From: Chromera velia
Taxonomy: Eukaryota
Length of the DNA: 47,744 nucleotides
NCBI GenBank assembly: GCA_018398765.1
Contig: JAHBMJ010000433.1
Coordinates: forward strand, 1-47,744
Direction of reading: 5' to 3'
The position numbers were made by a program, and so were the translations under genes. Positions 1-11,600 of this stretch are shown here, piece after piece. The notes below the pieces were generated by a model that was not told the origin of the DNA, ran no database searches, and was given only the letters and a program-made list of their open reading frames with translations. The number at the start of each line of letters is the position of its first letter. The stretch's first letter is position 1.

Positions 1-29
1 ACACACAGACACACACACACACACACTCA

Positions 30-64
<35 letters not shown>

Positions 65-194
65 GCACAGACACACACACACGCACACACGCACACACGC
101 ACACACGCACACACGCACACACGCACAGACGCATACACAAATCCGCATGCAGCCCGACCACCCCCCCCTAAGCACGTCCGGTGGCAATACTCAC

Positions 195-3100
195 CTGAGT
201 AAGACGGCACTTGAGATGGCTTGCAGAAGCACCCATAGAGTTTCCAGAACAAAGAATACAAGAACGCTCACGGAGTGTTCAGACAGAACGACTGCAGGTC
301 GACGTCTGCACAGTCTCACTCTCCCTTCCCTTTCTTCGTCTGCCCAGCTGTTGGATGACTCCGTTTCTGTGCGGACTTTCGAGTCTCGAAAGGCTTCCCA
401 CTCCCCTGTTGCAACACCTAGAAGAGAGAGATACGTGAGAAGAAGACACACCCACAAACCGCAAAGAACATACTGCGCAATCTTCTCGAGGCGTAGTCTT
501 CTCACGTACACGCTAACGCAATCGGACCGACGCAACTTCACAGGGGGAGAGCCGACCCCCAAAGCTGGGCCGAAATTAAAGTACGTCAGTCGACCTGCAA
601 AGTCAGAATCCAACTGACTCGCCTCTCGTCTCAGTGCACTTCCCCGCACACCTTTTTTTGTGGGGTCTTTCATCCTACCGGTAGGGGATGAGCCCTGAGA
701 GGATCTTCGCTCCTTCTTTACGTCGTCTGTATACCTCCGGTCTTCATTTTCAGTGACTGACAAGGGATGACTGAACAGTGCGGCGTCTGACCATACATGT
801 GCACACAGAGGACGCACCAACGTTCCAACTACCAAGAGACAGGACAGAAATCCGATCAGCGCTTTGAGTCCGGCAGCTGGGCAGAAGGAAAAGAGGTCCA
901 TTCCTGCGGGGAGATGAAACTGCGAAGGGGCAGTGGAGAGCGTTACTGGCCTCTCAGGGGTGTGAAAGTCGTCGCTCTCCCCCAGGAGTATGGTTGTTGC
1001 GTTGAAAACGAAGCAGATGAGGAAGGTACCAATCGCTCGACAGACCCACAGAAGCGCGTCCGTCAACGGTGAGACGTCATTCTGCAGCCACACGTGTGAC
1101 CAGTGGGCCATACGCAGAACGACATGGCCCGTCTCCAGCGATCTCCTGCAGACACATGAGTTTATACGGAGCTCACGAACAGGCGAAACACCACTCAGGT
1201 TCCTTCAGGTAAAAGAAGCAGCAAAGCAAAGACACAAGCGAAAAATGCAGCACGGCTTGGGAGCCGAGACACTTTGTGGGACAACAGCGTGCTCAAAAAG
1301 TGAGCAGAGAGCTGACTGACCAAAAGGCCCCGAAGGATCCCCAGAGCACCCACCGAGTGCTGCAGGTGGATACAATCATCTGAAGTGTGAACAGGTACAC
1401 AAACACATACACACAGATCTGGTCTACCCACGCACACAACTATTCGGAGCTTTCCAACACGCGCTCGCCCATACCTTCCACAGCGCATGCATGCATGAAT
1501 TCGTCGATGTAAAATAGAGAGGAAGGCTTCTTGAAAGAATCCGTCGCAGGCAGAAACATGACGCCCGGGAGAGACTTGCAAGACAGCCTTTGCCTGGGTA
1601 GTATGCATCCTCCAGTCATCAATCACGCTTTGCGATTTTGCGTCGCGCGTCGAGGTGAAGCCTTCCTTCACAGAGAGCGAACCAATCTTGTCGTTCTCCA
1701 TGCAGTATTAAAGACAGACAGACAACCAATTGATTCACAATGGATTAGAATCACCCTGTTGTCCTTTCATGCACACTTACCGAAGGGGAAGCGTTCCTGC
1801 TTTGGCCACACTCTGGGGGGCGACGATTGCCATTTTGGATCTCCACTTCAATCGTCGAGCGTGTCCGCTCTTTTCCTGAGCGTCGATCGCCCGAACAATG
1901 TGGTCTCTCTGCATCTTCACAGCACGCAGCACGGCCGAGATTCTGCGACTCTTGTGAGATCTACGTCGTGCAACTGACGAGCCTTCCTCTGCTGCTGGTG
2001 ATGGTGCACTTTGCTCTACTTTTGGATCGGTCAGCTGCTGAGATCTAGAGGAAAGGAGGGGGGAGGGGAAAAATCGGGAACCCTGGAAAGCCCTGACAGA
2101 TGGAGAAATAGTGGGGGAAGCAGTTGAGGAGTCACCCACTTTCCTCACAAGAGGCGAACCTTCGTCTTCATCTTCGATCTCAACTTCTTCTTCCTCGATT
2201 TCCTTCACCTGTTTTTCTTTTTCGTCTCTCGCTCTTGCCTCAGAAGGGGAAGCTGCAACTGAAGCTTTTGGTGCTGCCTCTTCTTCCTTGATACTCCTGG
2301 AATTGTCTTCCTCCTGTTCATCGTCCCGTAAGCCGATGACCTGTTTGAGCATCTCCAAGTGCTCAAAAAGGCTGTCGTTGTCCGACTCGGGGTCTGCTTT
2401 GTCTGTCTGGCTGTCTTCTTCTTCTTCTTCTTCTTTGGGTACCTTCTTCCATCCCTCCTGGCCCCTTCCACCCTTTTGTCCTTTAAAGTTCTTAGGCGAG
2501 AGACGTTCGACCTGCTGTCTGAGACTCTCAAAAAAGTTTGGGGAGCGATCGCTCCAGCGAGGGGGGCGAATCGGGGAAGACGGGGAAGCAGCGGAAGAGG
2601 GGGAGGGTTCCCTTGGCTTCCTTTGAGGTGAAATGACAGGGGATGCTACATACCCTGGAAGTGAGGATGGCGCTACCGTTGCTGTGGAGCAATCGGGGGA
2701 CGAAGTGTCCTCACTCCATAACGAAGATGAAAGAGAAGAAGAAAATTTCAGTTTTTGAGGAGATGACGCAGAGACAGAGGATGCAAAAGTGTCGCTCGAC
2801 TGGACGCCGGGGGCACTTGCATTTGCCTTAATTCGCCTCCAGACTTCGCCTCTGTGCCATGAGACAATCCGGAAACCGGGAAGTCCCAAATCGTGAGCCC
2901 ATGTCGCAAGCTCAGTATCCATCTGCTGCCACAAGAGCTTCTGCCTTCTCTCCCGACTCTCGAGATACCCTTTCATCTTCACCGACGTTTGGAGATAGTT
3001 GACCTCACGGAGGCGGGAAAGCCGACGCGCGTCGACAAACGCCAAAGTCTTTTCCCGGAGGCGTAAACGTCGACAGCAAACTGCGCAAGGGGACTCAGAA

Positions 3101-6100
3101 ACCCAACGAGCGAGACGCTTATAATGCCCTCTGAATTCTTCCTTTTTCCCTTTCCCAGCGTTCCCTTCGACGTTTTGTGCTGCTTGCCCCCCCCTGTCTG
3201 CTGAATTGATTTCTTTCCGTGCCTCCTGGAAGGCAACAACGCGTCGAGCACTGAAGAAGGAGGAGAGCCGTTGTCGGTGCTCTTTTGAACCAAGGACCTG
3301 CTCGATGGTGGCAGAAAGAAGCTGTCCGTCTGGTCGATCTGCGACTTTGGCCTCTGAGAGTGCTGTGGGTGCTTTTTGATGGGGGGAACTCTTTGAGTGG
3401 ACGGCACTCAGGGGAGGGTTTACTTTCTTCTCCACGCCGCGTGAGCTGCAAGCATCCAGGACCGGAAAGGAGAATAGAAGAATACAAACACGCACACAGA
3501 CAGACGAGAAGCACAAAGGACTCGGCTTCTGCTGGAAAGCTTGAAAGCGAAAGGCAGACGAATCCGAGAAGGGAAGCACAGAAAAGTGTGCCAAGAAAGG
3601 ACAAGCCTGTCTGGCAACATTTTGCATGCACACAAACCCCCAGTGCAATCCTTTTCCCGATTCCCTTTTACAAACGAAAGGGGGCCGAAGGGCATTCCGA
3701 CAGCCCCCTCTGAGACAAGAGTCGCATGCACAGCCCCTTCTACTGCAATTTCACAGATCCGTCTTGCAGTCTCACTGGGCTGGCTGACATCAGGATGAAG
3801 CCTGTGAAGGCAGAGAGAAGAGCCACAAGAAGAACCCAGAGCCACAGCACCGCCAGAGCCCCAGGCAAGATATCACCTGGCAGCGTGGAGGCGGACTGAG
3901 CATCTCCGGCGATTGGAGGGTGACTCGGAGGTGGGATGTACTGCACGGAAGAGAAAGAGACAAGCAAAGACAGAGAGAAACACGACAAAAGAAGGGGGAA
4001 GAAAAAAACAGAGAGGAACAGAGACGCATCGAGATTTGGAGACGGAGGGAAAGAGTAAGAAGGTGCTCCTTGTGAATCGACGAAACTGGGTAGCATGGAT
4101 CAAAAAGCCATTCGGGAATTTTCTTCATGCACTCCTTCAATGAAACATCCACAACTTGTTGTCGGATCAAGAAAACATCTATTCAGTCCTTCCGTCCCTT
4201 CCCCTCCTCTCTCTTAATTCGGATTTTCAATTTTCTCTCTACCTCCTTCTCACCCTTTGGACCGCCATCAGCGTAGTGGACAACGATCGAAGAGCACACG
4301 CGCACCACCATTCCCCTTTGTCCTTGTCGTACCAGAATCGACAGCCTGAAAAGAAAAAGGAAAATATATGAAGGCAGAAAAAAACAATGGGACGAGAGGT
4401 GAAAGTTAGAAGTTATTCACTTGCAGAAAAACGAATCGGAAGACGCCAAACGCCAATCGACCATGCAAAACTTCGGCAGCAAATCAGCTCGTCTCCAATG
4501 AAGCATTTGATGTAGGGGTGCGGCTCGTCTCGCTCCAACCATACAAACGCTCAGTCCTGTTTTCTTTTTGGGTCCCCCCTCCTATCCATGTGCGCTCTAA
4601 GGCTGTCAGGGCTCGATCCTGGGTCTGCAACACGGCAACCCCTCGTTTGTCGTTTATTGTACTCTGATCAATCGCCCTTCCGTCTGATCCTGTCTTTATT
4701 GTACTCTGATCAATCCCCCTTCCGTCTGATCCTGTCACCCCTCACGCGCGGGGAGCGACTTGATCGACCTCCTCCAACTTCTGTTAATTCCCTTTGAACC
4801 TTGAGAGAGAGAAAAGACTTCGGCTTGCTTGCACTTGCTTGAGGCCAAACCCTGACAGGCTCAGAAATCGGACACTTGGCTGCATGACTGACCGACCGAC
4901 CGACCGACCGGAATTCGTCCAAACTTCCGCCTGCAAAGTCCAGAAACGAAGTACAAAGACGTCCAGAGCAATCACAACAGTTCATGCACGGTCGGCCAAG
5001 GCCAGCACGATACCGGAACGCAACAGTATTTACAGCGATTCAGTAGGAAAAATCTGGGATGGTTTGGGGGAGAGAGCGGAGCTCTCTTCCTCGTCCACCC
5101 ACTCAAATGGCCTAGTTCCGCAATGAGCTCAGAGCTTTCGCTCAGAGTACAAGAAAGGATGCATTTTCTGTTTGTCTTTTGTAGCTGCGTGTGTGAGTCT
5201 CTCTCTGATTGCGCACACTCTTCCCAACCGAACCTCTCTTCCTCCCCCTAGCTGACTGACCTGAACATCCACCTGCGCGCACTCGAGAATCCATTCTCCT
5301 CCCTCAATCCCCAACCCAAAGGAACCGCGGTCGGATTCCAAAATTCTCCTCTGCTCAAGAACGGAGCTCTGGTCAGGGCCCAAGGACCGAATCCGCACTG
5401 CTCCCGCCCCATCTTTCAGTTCCTCTTCAGATACGCGTACGTCTTCCTCCGAGGCGGCGAGCCACGACGACGTTTCTGTCAGCCTCCTAAAGTTTGATCG
5501 CGCACCACCCGCACGAGAAGCCCCAAATTGTGACGCCCTGACGAGAGGAACTTTTCCAGATCCCACCACCCGTTTCTGCTGCCTCGCCTGCACCCTCACG
5601 AATCTGGACACAGAGGATCGAGGGAAGAGAAGGAGGAGGGGACAGGGAATGCTTTAGGCAAGCTTGAGGCGACATTGAACATACACGATGCCGTCCCGAC
5701 GAGTGATGACTCCATTTCTCTTTTTCAGCGTAATTCCGACAAAGACACGAAGTCGAAAAAGAAGAAGCACAATGGACAACTTGCTGAGTCGCCGATTTTT
5801 AGCAAAACAGAATGGTGACGCCGCGAGAGATGGCATGACTGTTTTTTTGTCGTGTACTGGTCATCTGCTCCAAGAGCATCGCAAAATCTAGGGTGCATTG
5901 ATCTAGAGAGCGAGAGAACTTCAAAAGAGAGAGGCGGAAAGGAAGAGAGGGGGCTTGATTGTCGAAGCATTGACCTTGTTGCCCCTTCCACGATAAATCC
6001 ACCTTCTCTCGTCCGATCTCCCGCATAGGGGTGTGGGTTGTTTGCAGAAGTGAGAAGCACGAGGCTTCTTCGACCTGTGGCCGCACCCGCCTCCCCAACA

Positions 6101-7098
6101 AAGGGAGTCTGCTCCCTATCGATCGCGCCGAGAAGGGACTGCCACGTCGGGGGGGAAGTATCTCGGAACTCGCCTCTTACTGGCGTCGCTGCAATTAACA
6201 CCAAAGCATGTATATACGAGTTGATAAGTTGGAAGCCGTGTGTGAGTGCCAATGAATCACGAGACATAACACACGCAAGACTGAAAAATTGGGGCCAAAG
6301 CGTGAGACAACAGTCAGGCAGACCTTCTGTTGAGTACATTCTCTCAGTCTCTACTGCCTTTTTCGGTCGCCGCTTTGCCTTACAGTCCCTCCCACACCAT
6401 TGGAGCACAAACGAATTGAGGCTTTCTCTTTTTGAGGTGAACTGGAGACTGCCATTCGACACTGCAATTTAAGCGAATTGGAGCGAAGGGACAAGTCCGA
6501 CAGGACTATCAGACGAGACCGTTGCGTGATGTAATTGTCACCATCGCCCATGGGGGGTCAAAAAGGGGAGTCTGTCCCTTCCGCATTGCCGTACAAAGTA
6601 CACATGGGCCCGCGTCCCAACAACCCACTCGCCAAGCAACCTACCCAGAATTTCATCCGCACTGTTCATGACAAGGTTGACCGACACCGAACCCGTCTGT
6701 GCGCTCATGGAAGTGTAGTCCGGCCCGTACACGGAGATGTGCAGCATCAGACCAGAGGGATCGGAATTTTCCAGAGAAACCTCGCCTCCGGACTCGGACA
6801 GCTCCGCAATCAGATCCGCTGCATGCATGCAGAACGATCATGAACGCCCAGTCAAAGAAGGTGCACTGCATGTCGAAGAGGGGACGCGACAATCTGAACC
6901 GACGATTTAATTCAGTCTGCATGCAGGTGTCCCCTGGAGGGAAGGGAACCGAGTTGGCAGGAAAGTTCATGCTGACACACTTGAGATCTCAGACCGAGTA
7001 CGGTGAGGGCCGCTGCGGGAATTCGGAAGAATGCGCCGACGCGAGGTGGATTGACGAGCGGAAGGACAAGGAGAGAAGGAAACGTGCGCGCGCGAAAG

Positions 7099-7142
<44 letters not shown>

Positions 7143-8035
7143 GCCGACTGACTAAGGAAATCGAAAGAATCGAGAAGTGCAATCACCTCAGCGTCAGATT
7201 CCTGCATGTATGTAAGCAGCAGAGACGGCGATAATACCACATCAATATGCACTGCAGCTGCAGCTGCTGTGCGGCGGCAATATTGAGAGTCAGATGTGAT
7301 GGAGCAACTCTCGCAAGGAAAAGGAGACAAAAACATGAGCACTGTTCCCAGGAAATAAATGATGAGCTGAAAAGGCTTTGACAACCAAGTCAAATCGAAA
7401 GCAGGGAAACCGTCCGAAGCAGAGAGAATCCATTGATTGGCAGACTAAGTGGCAAACGGACTGACAGGAAACGACGAGGTTCCCTGGAGGTTGTCTAAGA
7501 GGATCGAGGAGACGGCCTCCAGTTGGGAAGCAGGCGTCAGGAGAGAGAGGCACACCTCCAGCTTGGAGTCCAGAATTTCAAACGCCAGCTCTCGGGCCTG
7601 CATGAGCGAGCAGTTGTTCGGACAGGTCATGCAATACAGCCAGAAACACACATGAAGCATTCGGCAGCTCTCCACATATCAAACACAGAAAGAACTGCGC
7701 ATCCATCGACACGACAAAAAGAAGTAAGCGTAACAGTCGAAAAGTCAGAAGGGCGACTCGCCCCGGCACTGTAGTTATAAAATGTTTTTCGCGACTGCCA
7801 ACTTCTCTGTGACTGCACTGCTTCAAAGGAAAGAGAGAGAATACGCGCAGAGCCAGTCGGCAAATGCCGGCCGGTGTAAGGTCCTCTCCCTCTCTCTGTC
7901 TCTCTCTCTGTCCATGCAAGAGCGCACCGAATTCTCTGCGATCCGACTTTTCTCCGCATTGTAACTCTCCCTGATCTGCTCGGCGCTCGAAGTGGCATTG
8001 CAGATCTCCCGTACCTGCATACATGTGGACATTCC

Positions 8036-8070
<35 letters not shown>

Positions 8071-8641
8071 ATGTGAGTGTGTGTGTGGTTGTCTATGTGT
8101 GTAGGTATTGACCGGCACACCCCAGTTGACAACCAGGTTCATCTGCGCAGCGACTACAGACTCACGAGGTCCGTTGTCGGCGTTGTCCCAGATTATTGAA
8201 TGACAAGAGCAAAGGACAGGAGATTGATTGGTGAAGGCACGAGGAAAACGACGCAAAAAACTGAAGACGGAAAAGTCAAAAGAGGGAATGGCAGGACGAC
8301 ACTAGCCGGAAAGCGAAACGAGGAGGCCGCCTCTCCTTAATTGTTCGTTTGCGGCTGACCTCAAAGAGTTGAGGTTCTGCAAGAGGGAACACACAGCCGG
8401 AAAAGAGGGAGAGGGAGCATACAGCTTGAGAGGAAGAAGTGAGGGAGGGACCTGAATGGGTATGCAGGGTTCGATGGATCTTCAATCTGGAGTGTCCATC
8501 CAAAGGGGGTCATATCACCGTGAAGTTAAAGAACAAAGAAGAAAGACGAGTCATATTGTCTGTTTGACTGCATGCCTCTCTCTCTCTCTCTTTCTTTCAT
8601 TCTCTCTTTCTTTTTTTCTTTCTTTCTTTCTTTCTTTCTTC

Positions 8642-8672
<31 letters not shown>

Positions 8673-11600
8673 TCGTGCTTTCGTGCTTTCGTGCTCTCTC
8701 GCTGCAAATGTGTCCCACCTTCACAGACGACCCCGCTGCCAGTTAGTGGAGAGGTGCAAGAGCAGGAGAAGCTCCCCCCTGTGTTGGAACAAGTTGCCTC
8801 AGCGTGACAGTTGTGAGTGTTGAGGGTACACTCGTCCAAGTCTGCAGATGTGAGTGGACAAAAATATGAGGATCGAAGGATCAAAGAATCTATTTCTGTT
8901 TCTTTTAACTTCATTGACTTCTGCCATCACAAAGAAACAGCTAAAAAGGGGGGATTTCGCCAAAAAGGAGGCTGCACAACGGACCGCGATGATTGATGTG
9001 CTATGTGAAGGAACTGCCATAGCCAATCACGGTCTTTTTTCGGCTTCATCTTTTCAAAACCCTACACAGAGAAGCTCGAAGCGCTGCAGACACCTACCTG
9101 TGCAAGTCGAAATGCCGTCCCCAGAGTACCCCGTGTTACAGGCGCAGGCAAAGGACCCATCGGAGTTCGTGCACGTGCCCAGAGAGTCACAATTGTGGGT
9201 GCTCAGGGAACACTCATCCTGGTCTGCACGTCAGAGTACGTCGATCATGTCAGTGATTGACCAAAGGAGAGGTGCGGGATGGGGAGGGAAGCATGCGTCA
9301 ACGTTCTAGAAATTTAAATTTGTTGGAGAACAACCGACTGCGAACAACCGCGCCGTCACGAGTGACAGGAATATGCGGCAAGAATCACAGCCGCTGTTGA
9401 CATGCAGAGAAAACGCCAGCCGATCCTCAAAGCATCCTGCGTAGCATTAGATCTGCCTCCAGTGGTGTAAGAATTGCTTCCCAACGCAAAACACGTCACA
9501 ATGTGCAACGCACTGCGTTTTGTTGGGAAATGTCTTTCTTCTTTTTCGCCCCTATGAGCCCATCCAGCTGAAAGCTCGCGTTTTGTTGTTTCTTTTTCCT
9601 TTCCAAATTTGGCGGCCCCGCGCACCTGCACAGCTGACGCCGTCTCCAGAGAACCCAGTGTTGCAGGAACAACCGAAGCTGCCCGCAGAGTTGGCACACG
9701 TCGCGTTGGCATGGCAGTTGTCGAAGCTGATTGCACATTCATCAACGTCTGCATTCATACACCACAGGAATTAAGAGGAAGTGTAGAGCTAGGGGGAAAG
9801 AGGGGAAGAATTTTTTCGCTTCTGCTTAAGCAAGCGGCTGGACACGAAGCACTTGAGGGGCATAAGATCTGTTTTGAGATCGACTCAAGACTGGAGAAGC
9901 AAGAGCTGCAGGCCAACCAGAGCACGCCAGGCCAGTTCCAGTGTATCCTGCGTTGCACGCACAAGTGAAACTTCCAGCTGTGTTCGTGCACGTCCCGTCT
10001 GTGTGGCAGTTGTGCACCGACGTTCCGCACTCGTCGATGTCTGCAAGACGCACGACGTACAGAAGACACAGATCGTTTCTGGTTGGATTTTGATACAAAA
10101 AACCAAACGACTGAACGGGGAAAAGGCCCCTCACTAGCACTCTAATTCCTGCAGAAAAATTCAATAGACATTTTCGAGGGCATCAAAAATGAAGTTTGAC
10201 TTTCGAACAATCACTGCACTGAAGAAGACAACAGACACAAAACAAGAAAAGAAACGATAGACAAATCAAACAGACGACCAACCAACCAATCTTCCGACCC
10301 ACCTGAACAAGTCAGACCGTCTCCAGAATACCCGTTGTTGCATGCGCACGTGAAGCTGCCTCCGGTGTTTGTGCACGTAGCGAGGGCATTGCAGTTGTCG
10401 GTTGCCGTCCCACACTCGTCGATATCTGCAAGCGCGTCAACGGGCAGGAGACCTTTCAGAGTGTTCACTCTTACCGTTTCAAGTGAGGAGACCTAGCACC
10501 AAACGTGTTCATCCCCTCGCAATGCTGCCATGGGTTTGTGGCAAGTTCAGATGCTAGTTCAGATATTCTGCTTAAGATGCCCAATTACATACCAGAGCAA
10601 GCCAGGCCAGTTCCGGTGTAACCTCCGTTGCACGCACAAGTGAAACTTCCAGCCGTGTTTGTGCACGTCCCGTCTGTGTGACAGTCATGGACTGAAGTTC
10701 CGCACTCGTCGATGTCTGCAAGCGCCGTACATGAAGGAGACGGTTCGGTTCTGCTTTTGTTCGGATATAAAGCTTCAAAGGACAAATCCCACGCACAGCG
10801 GCGCACTTGCTTCTACAGCTTTGATCGGCACATTGCAGGGAACCAAAGGTGACATTCTGTTGAACACGTGATCTCCCAAAAAGAAAGCAAAAGGCCAAAC
10901 GGCAAATCTACGACCCACCTGAACAAGTCAGACCGTCTCCAGAATACCCGTTGTTGCATGCGCACGTGAAGCTGCCTCCGGTGTTTGTGCACGTAGCGAG
11001 GGCATTGCAGTTGTCGGTTGCCGTCCCACACTCGTCGATATCTGCAGGCGCATCAACGGGCAAAAGATCTTTCAGGGATGCCGCTTTCACCTCGTGAACT
11101 ACAGAAAGCCTATCGCTTAGCCTCACGAAACATTGGCGGAACGGAGAAGAGGCAGTTGCGTTGCGTGCGTGTCTCACTGACGGCCGGGTCCGTCGGCTCA
11201 AAGGTCTTTGGAGTACATTCATTCACGTACCTGAGCAAGCCAGGCCAGTTCCAGTGTATCCTCCGTTGCACGCACAAGTGAAACTCCCAGCTGTGTTTGT
11301 GCACGTCCCGTCTGTGTGGCAGTTGTGCACCGACGTTCCGCACTCGTCGATGTCTGCAAGCGACGAGGGGGCACCGAGGGTGGAAAAGGTAAGAGAGGAA
11401 CCTGTGAGCGGCCCCAGGGAAAGACCAATGATGTTCATTGAAACAAAATGCAGACAAAGAAACGCATTTGACATTGCTCATTGATATGATATCGATATTT
11501 ACTAGCATGCTGTCCGAGCTTGTGACTTAATTTTTTGCCAAAATGCGCCGCTCATTTGCCGCTTTCCAGAGAATAAAGAACAGAATCAGACCCTTATGCA

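Noticed and set aside
1440..1701. ORF 1195-1701 (-) as an additional receptor exon
   Set aside because: No suitable acceptor was seen, and exons 1781 and 1359 join in phase without it.
2111..2626. Ser-rich plus-strand ORFs
   Set aside because: Antisense shadows of the Glu/Lys-rich 1665-nt exon on the minus strand.
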